This document shows positions 56,201-64,000 of a stretch of 64,000 bases of DNA, piece by piece. The stretch comes from an uncultured Spirochaetota bacterium (GTDB lineage Bacteria; Spirochaetota; Spirochaetia; SZUA-6; Fen-1364): contig CAWGAA010000001.1 of NCBI GenBank assembly GCA_963820525.1, positions 1,888,001 to 1,952,000 on the forward strand. The letters run 5' to 3'. A program made the translations under genes and the position numbers. A model generated the notes under the pieces. It did no database searches. It was not told the origin of the DNA and worked only from the letters and a program-made list of their open reading frames with translations. Every line of letters begins with the position of its first letter. Positions within the stretch are counted from its first letter, which is position 1.

Positions 56201-58675
56201 CCGGGCAAGCGTGCCGTTTCCAATGGGACTTCCCAGCGGCCAGGCGTCCGCGTCCTCGAACCTCCAGACGAATGAGCGTCCGAGGCCCAGGCACTCCAGG
56301 GAATAATCGGTTTCGCGGTCCACGCGCACGTCGGCCTTCAAGACGGAGCCGGCGGGCACGGTCTTTCTGAGGATGACCCCTTCGGAGAGCGTTCCCGCGA
56401 GGATGGTGCCGACGCGCTCGAGCGTCATTCCGGCCCGCCCCCTTGACGCGCCCTGCGCGCTCACGCGCACCATGTAGGCTCCCGGCCTGAGGTACGCCGT
56501 GACAACCGCGTTTCTGCCGTCCGCGTTCTGGGAAGCCGAGAAGAGGTCCGGCTTGAGGATGGTTCTGATGCCGATGCCCATGGCAAGCCGCCCCGCTGTG
56601 GCGATCCTGTACGGGCCCGGCTGCACCACCTTGAGGAGGAAGGTCGCGCTCTCGCCGCGCTCGAAGCTTTTCCACACGGCAACCCCTTCCGTGAAGGAGG
56701 GAAAGAGGGTTTCAAGCTCCGCCTTTTTCGGCTTCTCCAGGCCGGATGTCCGCTCCCGGGGGACCGCGGAGATCACGTGCCACGCTTCCTGGCCCGTCGG
56801 GTTGGAGAGAACAAGCTGGTGGCGGCCCGGCAGGACGGCTCCATCCGCCTTCCACGGGGAGCCGTCGATGCGGGCCGTCTGGCCGGAAAAAGTGGGGTTG
56901 ATCGAGGAGACCAGCTGTTCCGCGTCGTTCACGAATGGAAGGGTCATGCTGGCCCCGGCCTCAAGCCTGACGCACACGGGCTCCCTCAAGTCCAGGGGGA
57001 GGCGCCTCACGGTGACGCCCTGGGGGACCCTGCCGCGGGAGGCGATGATAAGCCACGTGGAGTCAGAGCCGGAGAGAACCGGGATTGAAGACCAGCTCAG
57101 GCCATTGACGGGCCGGGGAGGCTCTGCGGCGAGAAGCCTTGCCGAGTCTCCTCCGCCGACGATCGTCGTCGGCATGATGACGAAATCCAGAACGCCGCTT
57201 TTCACGGGAGAAATGGTGAGGATGTAGAGCTTGTCCTGGAGCCTGATCCTGCCGCCGCCGGCCACCTCGACGGGAGTCGCCCGTCCCCTTCCGGCAATCA
57301 TGTCGTCCATCAGCGTGAAGGCATATTTGGCGCCCACTGCTTTGGAATCCTTCTCCACCACCGCATAGAAACCGGCCTGCTCCACCCTGACGGCGAGGGA
57401 AACCGAGAAGAGGCTGTTCAAGCGGCGCCGGATGGGATGATTGGCGCCAAGGCTGGGAACCTGGATGCCCTTTGGCTCCAGCAGAACGCCTTTGTCGCGA
57501 TGAGTGCTGTCGACCACGAGCCCGCTCACGTCAATGGACTCCTCGCCTTCAGCCGCCCCGAGAACCGTGGCCAGGTAGTCCCGCGAATCCCTGTCGTAGC
57601 GCAGGGCCAGGCTGTCGAAGGGGTAGTTTCCGGAAAGAGTGGGGAACCAGCGGATCTCCACGGACTCTCCCGGCGGGCCCTGGAGAGTGAGCCACTGGGT
57701 CCGGTCGGAGACGCCCCCCGAAGCCGTCGCGCGGTAGGAGGATGACTTCTCATTGATCTCCGCCCGCGAGCTGGAGTCGAACCTGCTCGCTCCCGGGCTG
57801 TTTGCGGAGATGGCCATGCGATAGACCTTGTTGTTGCGGGATTCCATCTGGAAGAACCGGGCATTCCCCGAGACGAGGTAGCTCGCCAGGCCGCTCTCGC
57901 CAAAGGTGACGCTCATGACGCCCATCTCTCCGAGGTAGCGCCCCCCGCGGGTCATGGAAAACCTGTCCTTCCCCGTCTCCTTGGGCCATGACCTGCGCGG
58001 ACCGCCTGCAAACGTCACGAGGTAGAGCCCCGGGTCCATCCTCACGTTGAACTCGAGGCTCATCATGGGCATGCCCTTCTCGGGCTCGAACTCGCGCATC
58101 AGGGGACGAATGCCGGTATCCCACGCACCGTCGCGCCATACGACGGCGTCGGTGAGGTTCCTTCCGTGGGCCTCCAGCAGGAGCACGGGGTCCGACTCGT
58201 CTATCCTGACCCACCAGGAGAGAAGCTCGAAGTCGTGAAGCTCGCCCGAGACGCTCTGGATCTTCGCGAGCTCCGGCACGTCGAAGTCTTCCCTGCCCGC
58301 ATTTGCCACGGAGAATGCGCGCGCCGAAAGGGTGACGGCCTGCCCCTGGGGCTTTCCGATGCGGATCTTGTATTCGCCGGGCTCCAGGAACGAGTCGATG
58401 CGGCCCGCAACCGCATCCATGCCGGATGCCCGGCCATTGGTTGCCATGCTGCCGGCCATCCGGTCCACCAGCTCGAGGCTCGCCCCGAGCTTGCCCTGGG
58501 AGACGATGGCGTAGCGGCCCACCGTGGGCACGCGAAGAATCGTCTCCGCAGAAGCGCCGGGACCGGAGAAGAGGCTTGAATCGAGGGAAGGCGGAGCCGC
58601 CGCGAAGAGCGGAAAAGCCGTCAGAGCCAGGACAAACGCGGCCGCAATAGCGTTGGGGCGCGGACGTCGGATCAT
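53243..58675 (-). CDS. Uncharacterised 1810-aa secreted multi-beta-sandwich protein (PPC-like modules)
   Basis: Signal peptide ending FPLFA. Recurrent GxY-hydrophobic strands and an acidic internal linker. Ends 12 nt before the A2M start. Confidence 0.8.
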   Translation of the reverse strand: MIRRPRPNAIAAAFVLALTAFPLFAAAPPSLDSSLFSGPGASAETILRVPTVGRYAIVSQGKLGASLELVDRMAGSMATNGRASGMDAVAGRIDSFLEPGEYKIRIGKPQGQAVTLSARAFSVANAGREDFDVPELAKIQSVSGELHDFELLSWWVRIDESDPVLLLEAHGRNLTDAVVWRDGAWDTGIRPLMREFEPEKGMPMMSLEFNVRMDPGLYLVTFAGGPRRSWPKETGKDRFSMTRGGRYLGEMGVMSVTFGESGLASYLVSGNARFFQMESRNNKVYRMAISANSPGASRFDSSSRAEINEKSSSYRATASGGVSDRTQWLTLQGPPGESVEIRWFPTLSGNYPFDSLALRYDRDSRDYLATVLGAAEGEESIDVSGLVVDSTHRDKGVLLEPKGIQVPSLGANHPIRRRLNSLFSVSLAVRVEQAGFYAVVEKDSKAVGAKYAFTLMDDMIAGRGRATPVEVAGGGRIRLQDKLYILTISPVKSGVLDFVIMPTTIVGGGDSARLLAAEPPRPVNGLSWSSIPVLSGSDSTWLIIASRGRVPQGVTVRRLPLDLREPVCVRLEAGASMTLPFVNDAEQLVSSINPTFSGQTARIDGSPWKADGAVLPGRHQLVLSNPTGQEAWHVISAVPRERTSGLEKPKKAELETLFPSFTEGVAVWKSFERGESATFLLKVVQPGPYRIATAGRLAMGIGIRTILKPDLFSASQNADGRNAVVTAYLRPGAYMVRVSAQGASRGRAGMTLERVGTILAGTLSEGVILRKTVPAGSVLKADVRVDRETDYSLECLGLGRSFVWRFEDADAWPLGSPIGNGTLARRLPVGTYHYVSAMDPVPTRRLLSLTARAGQDQAPYDPKAKLLSIRLNRTYRKIWTESQGRPEDVFTLSLPSSIDAILYISQGMLFRVLDEKGQVLDHGRGGEHSEAMLPAGTCRIQVSSIEEDNLKNYSIAVATADLYEGGPRTPGSLPASIPVTVGKDGNIDIWSYGSQEMQAVLVDQSGRIVATAEEIPDDWNFRIVANVKAGRYTLALSSAEDASASSSRGQPVAEEDRHSDSQSEGEYSESEDQGAYDNGEGEYQDGGDEQGSDQGAVSEDEGGGEYRAQDRGGSEAVPELGPAPAGSPMITLISRDTRALSSAGGTLDVTVDLSTEVGAAAFTAKTAGVHRFWAASDEPISVSISRGGRVIASGAAPLFLPLSQGENYSVSFWHSGVGEKQVAFHLTAERPAVISLGGGEISQTVNETVVQLENRDGSSFTVTPAAGRLLYSPGLNLPFRPLTEAAVNTSGATGWVLHADGSPVGGVKISPLALRDGTAGAVVVGSVPQVFSVQVPPRTAALIRTDNAGQEIGLSASPAGSYKADTFDWRGAGVTKLATVIGLRDGSFRGRLWDCGSGQEDRRRAVSARFFPVVSETVLGKSGRLTVSVPSGSAAAVALDGARQALSVSLERGMTAFGWNGRPAGVVDAPEASTSGIMEVQGGSIVVVNDSSAPALCSIVSGAAASQTDLTEAQGFEAVLAGERDLSFSVSADPKSRLFLWGDHGDARYLSEADGRITSGQSVGTDLGPVLVFPGGKGRLEISTAHGALKAWISKPEDLRSSFASKDSWAPGSALSVEGVTLGQAAQSWTFSLDQDAIACLRSDADGVTALYDRSGALLGLAAGLGGRTVISSLPKGSYMAFTRPFRGAGQGGSLRLALLAPTTVAVEGEGAPALLGPGELALYRFEVKAAGKIGAGIRAESDGLSAALFDARFKPIGEGTLFIRKLAPGLYYLLVEAKGETRRFAPVVYGLSGSRTETPDDVIKSYREE

Positions 58676-58708
58676 GGTTCGACCTCGTTATGGATGCGTG
58701 ATACATCG

Positions 58709-58737
58709 ATTATACGCCCCAAAACGAGGTTTGTCAG
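58709..58737 (-). promoter_or_regulatory. Sigma70 promoter of the giant protein-A2M-pbpC operon
   Basis: Minus strand CTGACA-17 nt-TATAAT, with a GAGGT RBS before ATG 58675. Confidence 0.65.
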
Positions 58738-58782
58738 GGATGGGACGGCTGGAGCCGCCAATTGGGCGGCGGCCCGGGCGGA

Positions 58783-60093
58783 CTAGAAGCCGACTTCCAC
58801 CGTGAGCTGGATGCTGCCAAGCGTTCCAGCGCTTCCCGTGCGCAGGGAGCCGAACTCGGTGCTCTCCGGCCCCAGGTACCAGGTGGCATCCAGGTTGATG
58901 GTGCAGTTCTCCACGTAGGAGCTTCCCAGCCCGGCCCTGAGGAGGGTGCTTCCATCCATCGGATTGACGAGCACGGTGGCCTGAGCCGAGAGCGAATCCG
59001 TGAAGGCGGAGACCCTGGTTGTAAGATTGGGCTGGGTGACGGAGAAGGCAAGGTTGTGCCTGTAGGCGGAGCCGCGATCGAAGAGGGGGGGATAGCCGGG
59101 AGCAGGCGGCGCCGGCAGGCTTTCAAGGCCGTCCTGCTGGTAGAGGTACTCGGCGACGATGTAGGTGTCCGTCACCGGGGCCTGCAGGCGCAGGCCGCCA
59201 AGGGCGCCGGTGGCCCATCCGTTCCATGCGGGATCCAGCTTGGAGTGCTCCCTGGCGGCGAACTCTCCGTGGAAGCTCAGGCCCGAGAGGATGGGTACTC
59301 CGGAGAAGATGTTGGCGTCGAACGAGCCGCCGGTGTTGAAGCCCTCGGGATCCGCGTAGAAGAATACGAGGTTGAGATCCACCCCGGGGATCAGCGCCGA
59401 GGTGGCGAGCTTGGCCGCGTAGCCCGTGGAGGAAAGCTTGTCATAGATGATTGCGGCCTGCTCGAAGGAGAACGCGGAGAGGTAGAGGCCGAGGTGCGCG
59501 CTCCACACGCCCTGACGCTGCTCTTCCGGCTGCGTGGGGTCCTTGGGAGGGTTGATGAAATCGGTCGGGTTGTGGAAGAAGCCGGTCCCCCATGCCATCC
59601 TGCGCTTTCCAGCCAGGAAGACGAGAGACTGGGACAGATCCGCCCGAAGCCATGCCTCGTTCAGCCAGCCGTCCAGGTTTTCGAGCAGGGTCGAATCGAG
59701 AGAGCTCGACAGCCCCGTCAAACCGCCCTCCGCGTCCAGGTGTGCCCGCGCCGCCTTGGAGGGGGCAAGCTCGACAACGCTTCGAATCCACAGCCGGTTT
59801 CCGGCCATGAGGGCGGCCGATGTGTCTGCGGGAAGTTGAGAGGAAAGCTCGTCGCGGATCCAGCCGGAGAACACGACGGACTGTTCGGTCGGGGGGACGG
59901 GCGCCTCCTGGAGGGCGGGCTCCTGTGCCGGGGTATCCGGCGCCGCCGCTTCCGCGGCCTCACTCGGTGCCGCCTGTTCCGCGGCCGGCTCGGCGGCCTC
60001 CTCGGCAGAGAGCGTGCCCGCGGCGCACAGCGCCAGCGTTATCGCCAGGATGAATACCGCAAAGCCGCGCGCGGCACCTGCTTGAGATTGCAT
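58783..60093 (-). CDS. Putative outer-membrane beta-barrel of the LolA-like/ABC cassette
   Basis: Signal peptide, Ala/Glu/Pro linker, LNEAW..GKRRMAWGTG..NPTD motif and terminal ...LTVEVGF. Confidence 0.7.
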   Translation of the reverse strand: MQSQAGAARGFAVFILAITLALCAAGTLSAEEAAEPAAEQAAPSEAAEAAAPDTPAQEPALQEAPVPPTEQSVVFSGWIRDELSSQLPADTSAALMAGNRLWIRSVVELAPSKAARAHLDAEGGLTGLSSSLDSTLLENLDGWLNEAWLRADLSQSLVFLAGKRRMAWGTGFFHNPTDFINPPKDPTQPEEQRQGVWSAHLGLYLSAFSFEQAAIIYDKLSSTGYAAKLATSALIPGVDLNLVFFYADPEGFNTGGSFDANIFSGVPILSGLSFHGEFAAREHSKLDPAWNGWATGALGGLRLQAPVTDTYIVAEYLYQQDGLESLPAPPAPGYPPLFDRGSAYRHNLAFSVTQPNLTTRVSAFTDSLSAQATVLVNPMDGSTLLRAGLGSSYVENCTINLDATWYLGPESTEFGSLRTGSAGTLGSIQLTVEVGF

Positions 60094-61478
60094 TATGCCA
60101 CGGCCTCTGCCGCCTTGCGGGCTCCACCGGCCTCCCTGGCCAGCCTGCGCCGGCGCCGTTCGGCCATGAGCTCGCGCAGCGGGGAGATCTTCTTGAAGCG
60201 CTTGACAAGGGTGTCGGTAATGGGCTGGAAGTTGAGCCTGAGGGCAGGGCCCACCGTGGCAAAGATCGAGAAGACTAGGATCACGATGAAGCCGCTCGCC
60301 ACGTCCATTATTTTGAACTCGGGCCAGAAGCTCTCATTTCCCAGGGCGTAGCTCATCGGCCCGCCGCCCACGTAGATGCCCGTCGTCCCGAAGACTACGA
60401 CGTATGCTATTCCAATGGCCAGCGCCACGGCAAACGCCATCATGGTGAGGAAGAAGACCTCGCTGAAGATCACGACGTAGCAGCTCCACCTGCCGAAGCC
60501 CATGGCGCGCATGGTGCCGAACTCCCGCATCCGCTCGAAGAGGTTCATCCGAAGCGACGATCGCAGCCCCAGCGCGATGATGATCATCATCACGTAGACG
60601 AACATGGCAGACATGCTCTTCATTCCCTGGGCGTTTCTGGGGTAGAACACGGACGCGCTGTACCACCAGTCGCTTCCCAGGGGAAGCCCCGCATCCTTGA
60701 GCTGGCCATCGAGCTTTTCTGAAATCCGCTTTGCGGCTTGCGGGTTCTTGAGGAAGATCATGCAGACGTCGAAGAACGACTGGTCAGCGTCAAGCAGCAT
60801 GCGCGCATCGCGGTCCGACATGAATGCGTACCACGCGTCGTAGCCTGCCCGGTTCTTGTAGATCCCGCGCACGGTGAAGTCCAGAAGGTTCGCGGCCCCG
60901 TACACGCTCTTGATGGAGAGGCTCACCGTGTCTCCAACGGAAAGCTTCAGCTTCCTGGCGGTATCCTCACTCACCGTGATAGCGCCCGGCTCGTCGATCT
61001 CCAGCTTCCCGGCCTTCAGCTCTATGGTCTTGGTGGCCAGAAGGTGATCGCGGTGCTCGGGGGTGAGGTTGTACGTGCAGACTTGGTGCGTCACCCTGCC
61101 CTTGGTGATGTTTCCGAAGCGGGTGATCCTGCGGTCTATGTACGCGATCTCGTCTCCCACGGCGGAGAGCATGACGTCCAGGGCGGGGAGGGCCGCGACG
61201 CGCGCGGCACGTTCCTTCTGGTCGGGAAGCTCGGTCAAGAAATACTTGGCCGGATCGCTCATTTTCTTTCCCTTCAGCTCGGGCCCCACCACGTTGACCT
61301 CTCCGCTTTGAAGGTTGATGTAGCCCTTGATAACCTGGGTCTCCACGCCGTTCATGGTGAAATCGCTCAGGAAGAGCACGAGGGTGGAGATGAAAATGGT
61401 GGAGCCCACCAGGAGGGACCGTTTCCTGTTCTGTATGACGTTCCTGATCGCGATGCGCAACATCGGTCTCACAGACAT
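60093..61478 (-). CDS. FtsX/MacB/LolC-E-type ABC permease
   Basis: IAIRNV...RSLL, a large periplasmic loop, ERMREFGTMRAMG and three C-terminal TMs. Confidence 0.85.
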   Translation of the reverse strand: MSVRPMLRIAIRNVIQNRKRSLLVGSTIFISTLVLFLSDFTMNGVETQVIKGYINLQSGEVNVVGPELKGKKMSDPAKYFLTELPDQKERAARVAALPALDVMLSAVGDEIAYIDRRITRFGNITKGRVTHQVCTYNLTPEHRDHLLATKTIELKAGKLEIDEPGAITVSEDTARKLKLSVGDTVSLSIKSVYGAANLLDFTVRGIYKNRAGYDAWYAFMSDRDARMLLDADQSFFDVCMIFLKNPQAAKRISEKLDGQLKDAGLPLGSDWWYSASVFYPRNAQGMKSMSAMFVYVMMIIIALGLRSSLRMNLFERMREFGTMRAMGFGRWSCYVVIFSEVFFLTMMAFAVALAIGIAYVVVFGTTGIYVGGGPMSYALGNESFWPEFKIMDVASGFIVILVFSIFATVGPALRLNFQPITDTLVKRFKKISPLRELMAERRRRRLAREAGGARKAAEAVA

Positions 61479-61485
61479 TCTCCTT

Positions 61486-62751
61486 TCACCATTCCCGCAG
61501 GGTGTCGGCCGGCCTCTCCCGAGACGCCCGCAGGGACGGGTACAGGGAGGCGAGGAACGCGAAGGCGGGAACGAAGACGATGATCGGCAGCGCGCAATCC
61601 GGGTTGAAGAGGAAGCGGAACTCGCTGCCCGTGGAATAGCTCATGGGGGGCGTGACGGTGAAGGTGATGCCGGAGAGCCACTTTACCAGCCCCAGGGCCG
61701 CGCCGGTGCCGAGCGCTCCGAAGAAAATCGAGATGATGAAGATCTCCACAACGAAGAGCCCCACGATCCGGCCCCGGGAGAATCCAATGGCGCGCATCGT
61801 GCCGATCTCCTGGCGCCGCTCCAGGCCCATCATGAAGATGATGTTCATGGTGACGATGCCGGCGATCACCATGATGATGACGATGAAGAACGTGTTGGTG
61901 ATCCCATAGATGGATTGGGCGGCGGTGATGAAGCTGCCCATCTTGTCGTAGGTGGTGGTCTTCAGGCGGTCCGCCTGGGGAAGCGCCGCATCGAGGGCCG
62001 GGCCCAGGAGGCGGGCCACGGCGGCCGTCTGGCGCTTGTCTTGGAGGTACAGGACGGCGTCCGTGGCGCCTCCATCGATTCCGAGGAGCTCCCGGGCCGC
62101 GGCAAGGTCTATGTAGGGTGAATCGAAATTGAAGCCGTACTTCCACGTCATGCCGGGATCTCCGACTCCGACCACGGTGAGACCCACGTCGGCCGAATAG
62201 CCATCCTGGCTCTGGCCCATGAGGCCGAGGGTGTCCCCCACTTTGGCGTTGAGATTAGTAGCTATGGCGGTGGGCAGGACAATGCAATGGTCATCCCCCG
62301 GCTGGAGCATGCGCCCGGAGGTAAGCCTGAAGCTTTCACCGACAAACCTGTCCGAAGTATCCGTGGCCAGGAGAAGCGCCCCGGTGGTTTCCGTGTCCGA
62401 TACCAGCATCCCCGTGGCGCGGATCCGCGGCACGAGGACCGCGCCGGGCACGCGCCGGGAGACGAGGTCCTGGACGGTTTTCAGTGTTTGCGCCGAGATG
62501 AGGTACTTCCCCGCCCCTTCCCAGGGGTTTTCCACGGAGAGCATGTCCTTTTCGGGATTGGAAGCGGGCCTGAATTGGACGTGTCCCGTGGCGCTGGAGA
62601 TGACAAGATCCTGCATTCCCTCACGCACCGTGAACGAGAAGGCATTGGACATCACGATCATGAAGGCGATTGCCAGCACGAAGATTCCCAGGGTGAGAGC
62701 GCGGGCCTTATTGTGGAAGATGTTCTTCATGCACAGGCCGAAGATGCTCAT
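61486..62751 (-). CDS. FtsX/MacB/LolC-E-type ABC permease
   Basis: KNIFHNKAR, a periplasmic loop, ERRQEIGTMRAIG and ASLYPSLRAS. Confidence 0.85.
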   Translation of the reverse strand: MSIFGLCMKNIFHNKARALTLGIFVLAIAFMIVMSNAFSFTVREGMQDLVISSATGHVQFRPASNPEKDMLSVENPWEGAGKYLISAQTLKTVQDLVSRRVPGAVLVPRIRATGMLVSDTETTGALLLATDTSDRFVGESFRLTSGRMLQPGDDHCIVLPTAIATNLNAKVGDTLGLMGQSQDGYSADVGLTVVGVGDPGMTWKYGFNFDSPYIDLAAARELLGIDGGATDAVLYLQDKRQTAAVARLLGPALDAALPQADRLKTTTYDKMGSFITAAQSIYGITNTFFIVIIMVIAGIVTMNIIFMMGLERRQEIGTMRAIGFSRGRIVGLFVVEIFIISIFFGALGTGAALGLVKWLSGITFTVTPPMSYSTGSEFRFLFNPDCALPIIVFVPAFAFLASLYPSLRASRERPADTLREW

Positions 62752-63434
62752 CGCCGCTCCTCCCCAGTCAGGGCGCCGTCCTCCAGCCTGAGCACCCTGT
62801 CGGCCTTCCCGATGATCTTGGGGTCGTGGGAGGAAAAGACGAACGTTGTCCCTTCCTCGCGGTTGATGGCATGCATCAGCTCCACGATCTCGATGCCCGT
62901 CTTGGAGTCGAGGTTGGCAGTGGGCTCGTCCGCGAGCACGATGGCGGGCTTGGTTACCAGGGCGCGGGCAACGGCCACGCGCTGTCTCTGCCCTCCCGAA
63001 AGCTCGGAGGGCTTCTGCTTTTCCTGGTCCTCCAGGCCCACCTCATTCATGAAGTGCCTGACCCTCTCGCGCCTCTCCTTCAGGCTCACCTCGGGTACGA
63101 TGAGCAGCGGAAGCTCGATGTTCTCGTACACGTTGAGCACGGGGATCAGGTTGAAGGACTGGAAGATGAAGCCGATGGTGTAGAGCCTGAGGCGGTTGAG
63201 CTCGCGCTCGCTGAGGGTTGAAACGGCCTTGCCGGCCACCTCCACCTCGCCTTCCGTGGGGTGGTCCAGACAGCCGATCAGGTTGAGCAGCGTGGATTTC
63301 CCCGAGCCGGAGGCACCTGCGATGGTGACGAACTCCCCCTTCTCGACGTCCAGGGTCACCCCTTTGAGGGCGTGCACAACGGTCTTTTCCAGGTGATAAT
63401 CCTTGATAACCTTCTTGAGTCTCACTGTCGACAT
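62748..63434 (-). CDS. LolD/MacB-type ABC ATPase
   Basis: GASGSGKST, IGFIFQSFNL, LSGGQRQRVAVARAL and ADEPTANLD. Confidence 0.92.
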   Translation of the reverse strand: MSTVRLKKVIKDYHLEKTVVHALKGVTLDVEKGEFVTIAGASGSGKSTLLNLIGCLDHPTEGEVEVAGKAVSTLSERELNRLRLYTIGFIFQSFNLIPVLNVYENIELPLLIVPEVSLKERRERVRHFMNEVGLEDQEKQKPSELSGGQRQRVAVARALVTKPAIVLADEPTANLDSKTGIEIVELMHAINREEGTTFVFSSHDPKIIGKADRVLRLEDGALTGEERR

Positions 63435-63547
63435 GATCTTTTTCCCTTTCCTTTATATGGGCGCCCGCCATGGTCCACGGATGGACGTACAGCGGCGCGG
63501 CCATGGATGGCCGGGCGCCGCGCCAGCGGCGGGCGGCGCCTGGTCTT

Positions 63548-64000
63548 TTATCTCAGCAATCCCTGCTGCACGTATGACGGCGTGAAAATCTGATCCCCGA
63601 GTGAAAGCCCTTCCTTCACGCTTTCCACGGAGATCTCGGATTTGTATTCGGGGTTCTCCTCGTTCACGATTGACATCAGGCTCGGCCTGGCGCGCGAGCC
63701 GAGCTTTCGAATCTCGCCGAACGTCATGGTCCTGAGCTTTCGGCCGGACAGCGCAAAGTACTCGCGCTTGATGGGCATGCTTGTCTTCTTGTCTATCCAG
63801 CAGACGATCTTGTCATAGGAGATGGAGCGGTCCTTTGCCTTGAGCTCGATCTTCCACGCGGCGCGGCCGTTCGCCTCTTCGGTTGTCGCCGAGATGACGG
63901 TATAGTCGCGGGCCAGGTCTACACGCATGATGTCGGCGTTGGACGCCTCCCCGCCCATGCTCGTATCCTTGGTTCCGATGCGGGTGATCTTCTTGGACCT
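63548..64000 (-). CDS. Outer-membrane lipoprotein-sorting (LolA-like/TP0789-type) protein, 5'-truncated by window edge
   Basis: Frame open to the window end (RSKKITRIGTKDTSMGGEASNADI...). YDKIVCWIDK, EYFALSGRKLRT and IFTPSY motifs. Confidence 0.8.
   Translation of the reverse strand, partial: RSKKITRIGTKDTSMGGEASNADIMRVDLARDYTVISATTEEANGRAAWKIELKAKDRSISYDKIVCWIDKKTSMPIKREYFALSGRKLRTMTFGEIRKLGSRARPSLMSIVNEENPEYKSEISVESVKEGLSLGDQIFTPSYVQQGLLR

Noticed and set aside
63435..63547. GC-rich nested palindromes between the LolA-like and ATPase genes as an ncRNA
   Set aside because: Compatible with an ordinary intra-operon stem-loop in GC-rich DNA. No family features are visible.
1..64000. Mobile elements, prophage, anti-phage defence genes, tRNA or rRNA
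   Set aside because: No transposase, integrase, reverse transcriptase, nuclease or structural-RNA signatures were recognised by eye.

Overview
GC-rich bacterial chromosomal window, most likely from a free-living spirochaete. That taxonomy is an inference from the TP0789/LolA-like export cassette, the LacI-SBP-GGDEF fusion and a surface protein ending in an FlgD-Ig domain. I found about 44 coding regions and no rRNA, tRNA, CRISPR array or recognisable mobile element. Contents, left to right: the 3' end of a surface protein with an FlgD-Ig tail; a transglutaminase-like protein; a lipoprotein with seven 144-bp RCC1/BLIP-II repeats; a small outer-membrane (OM) beta-barrel; a class-III aminotransferase divergent from an AraC-Ogt plus PLP decarboxylase pair; a YtrA-type GntR/ABC operon ending in a 38-aa membrane peptide missed by the ORF track; an RluA-family synthase; a hybrid kinase; an NtrB/NtrC-like pair upstream of a clear sigma54 promoter driving chvE-mmsA-mmsB, an extra SBP and a C45/Ntn hydrolase; potABCD; tex; dedA; a GGDEF protein; gcvT-H-PA-PB under a singleton glycine riboswitch; a three-gene operon encoding an uncharacterised 1810-aa secreted protein, a thioester alpha-2-macroglobulin and PBP1C; and a LolA-like/MacB-type ABC/OM-barrel cassette running off the right end. 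Three genes (rluA-like, potC, alpha-2-macroglobulin) each carry one frameshift in a short simple repeat, probably assembly indels. The best candidate for an undescribed system is the giant protein-A2M-PbpC operon, possibly together with the adjacent export cassette. All calls come from reading the sequence by eye; no database searches were run.
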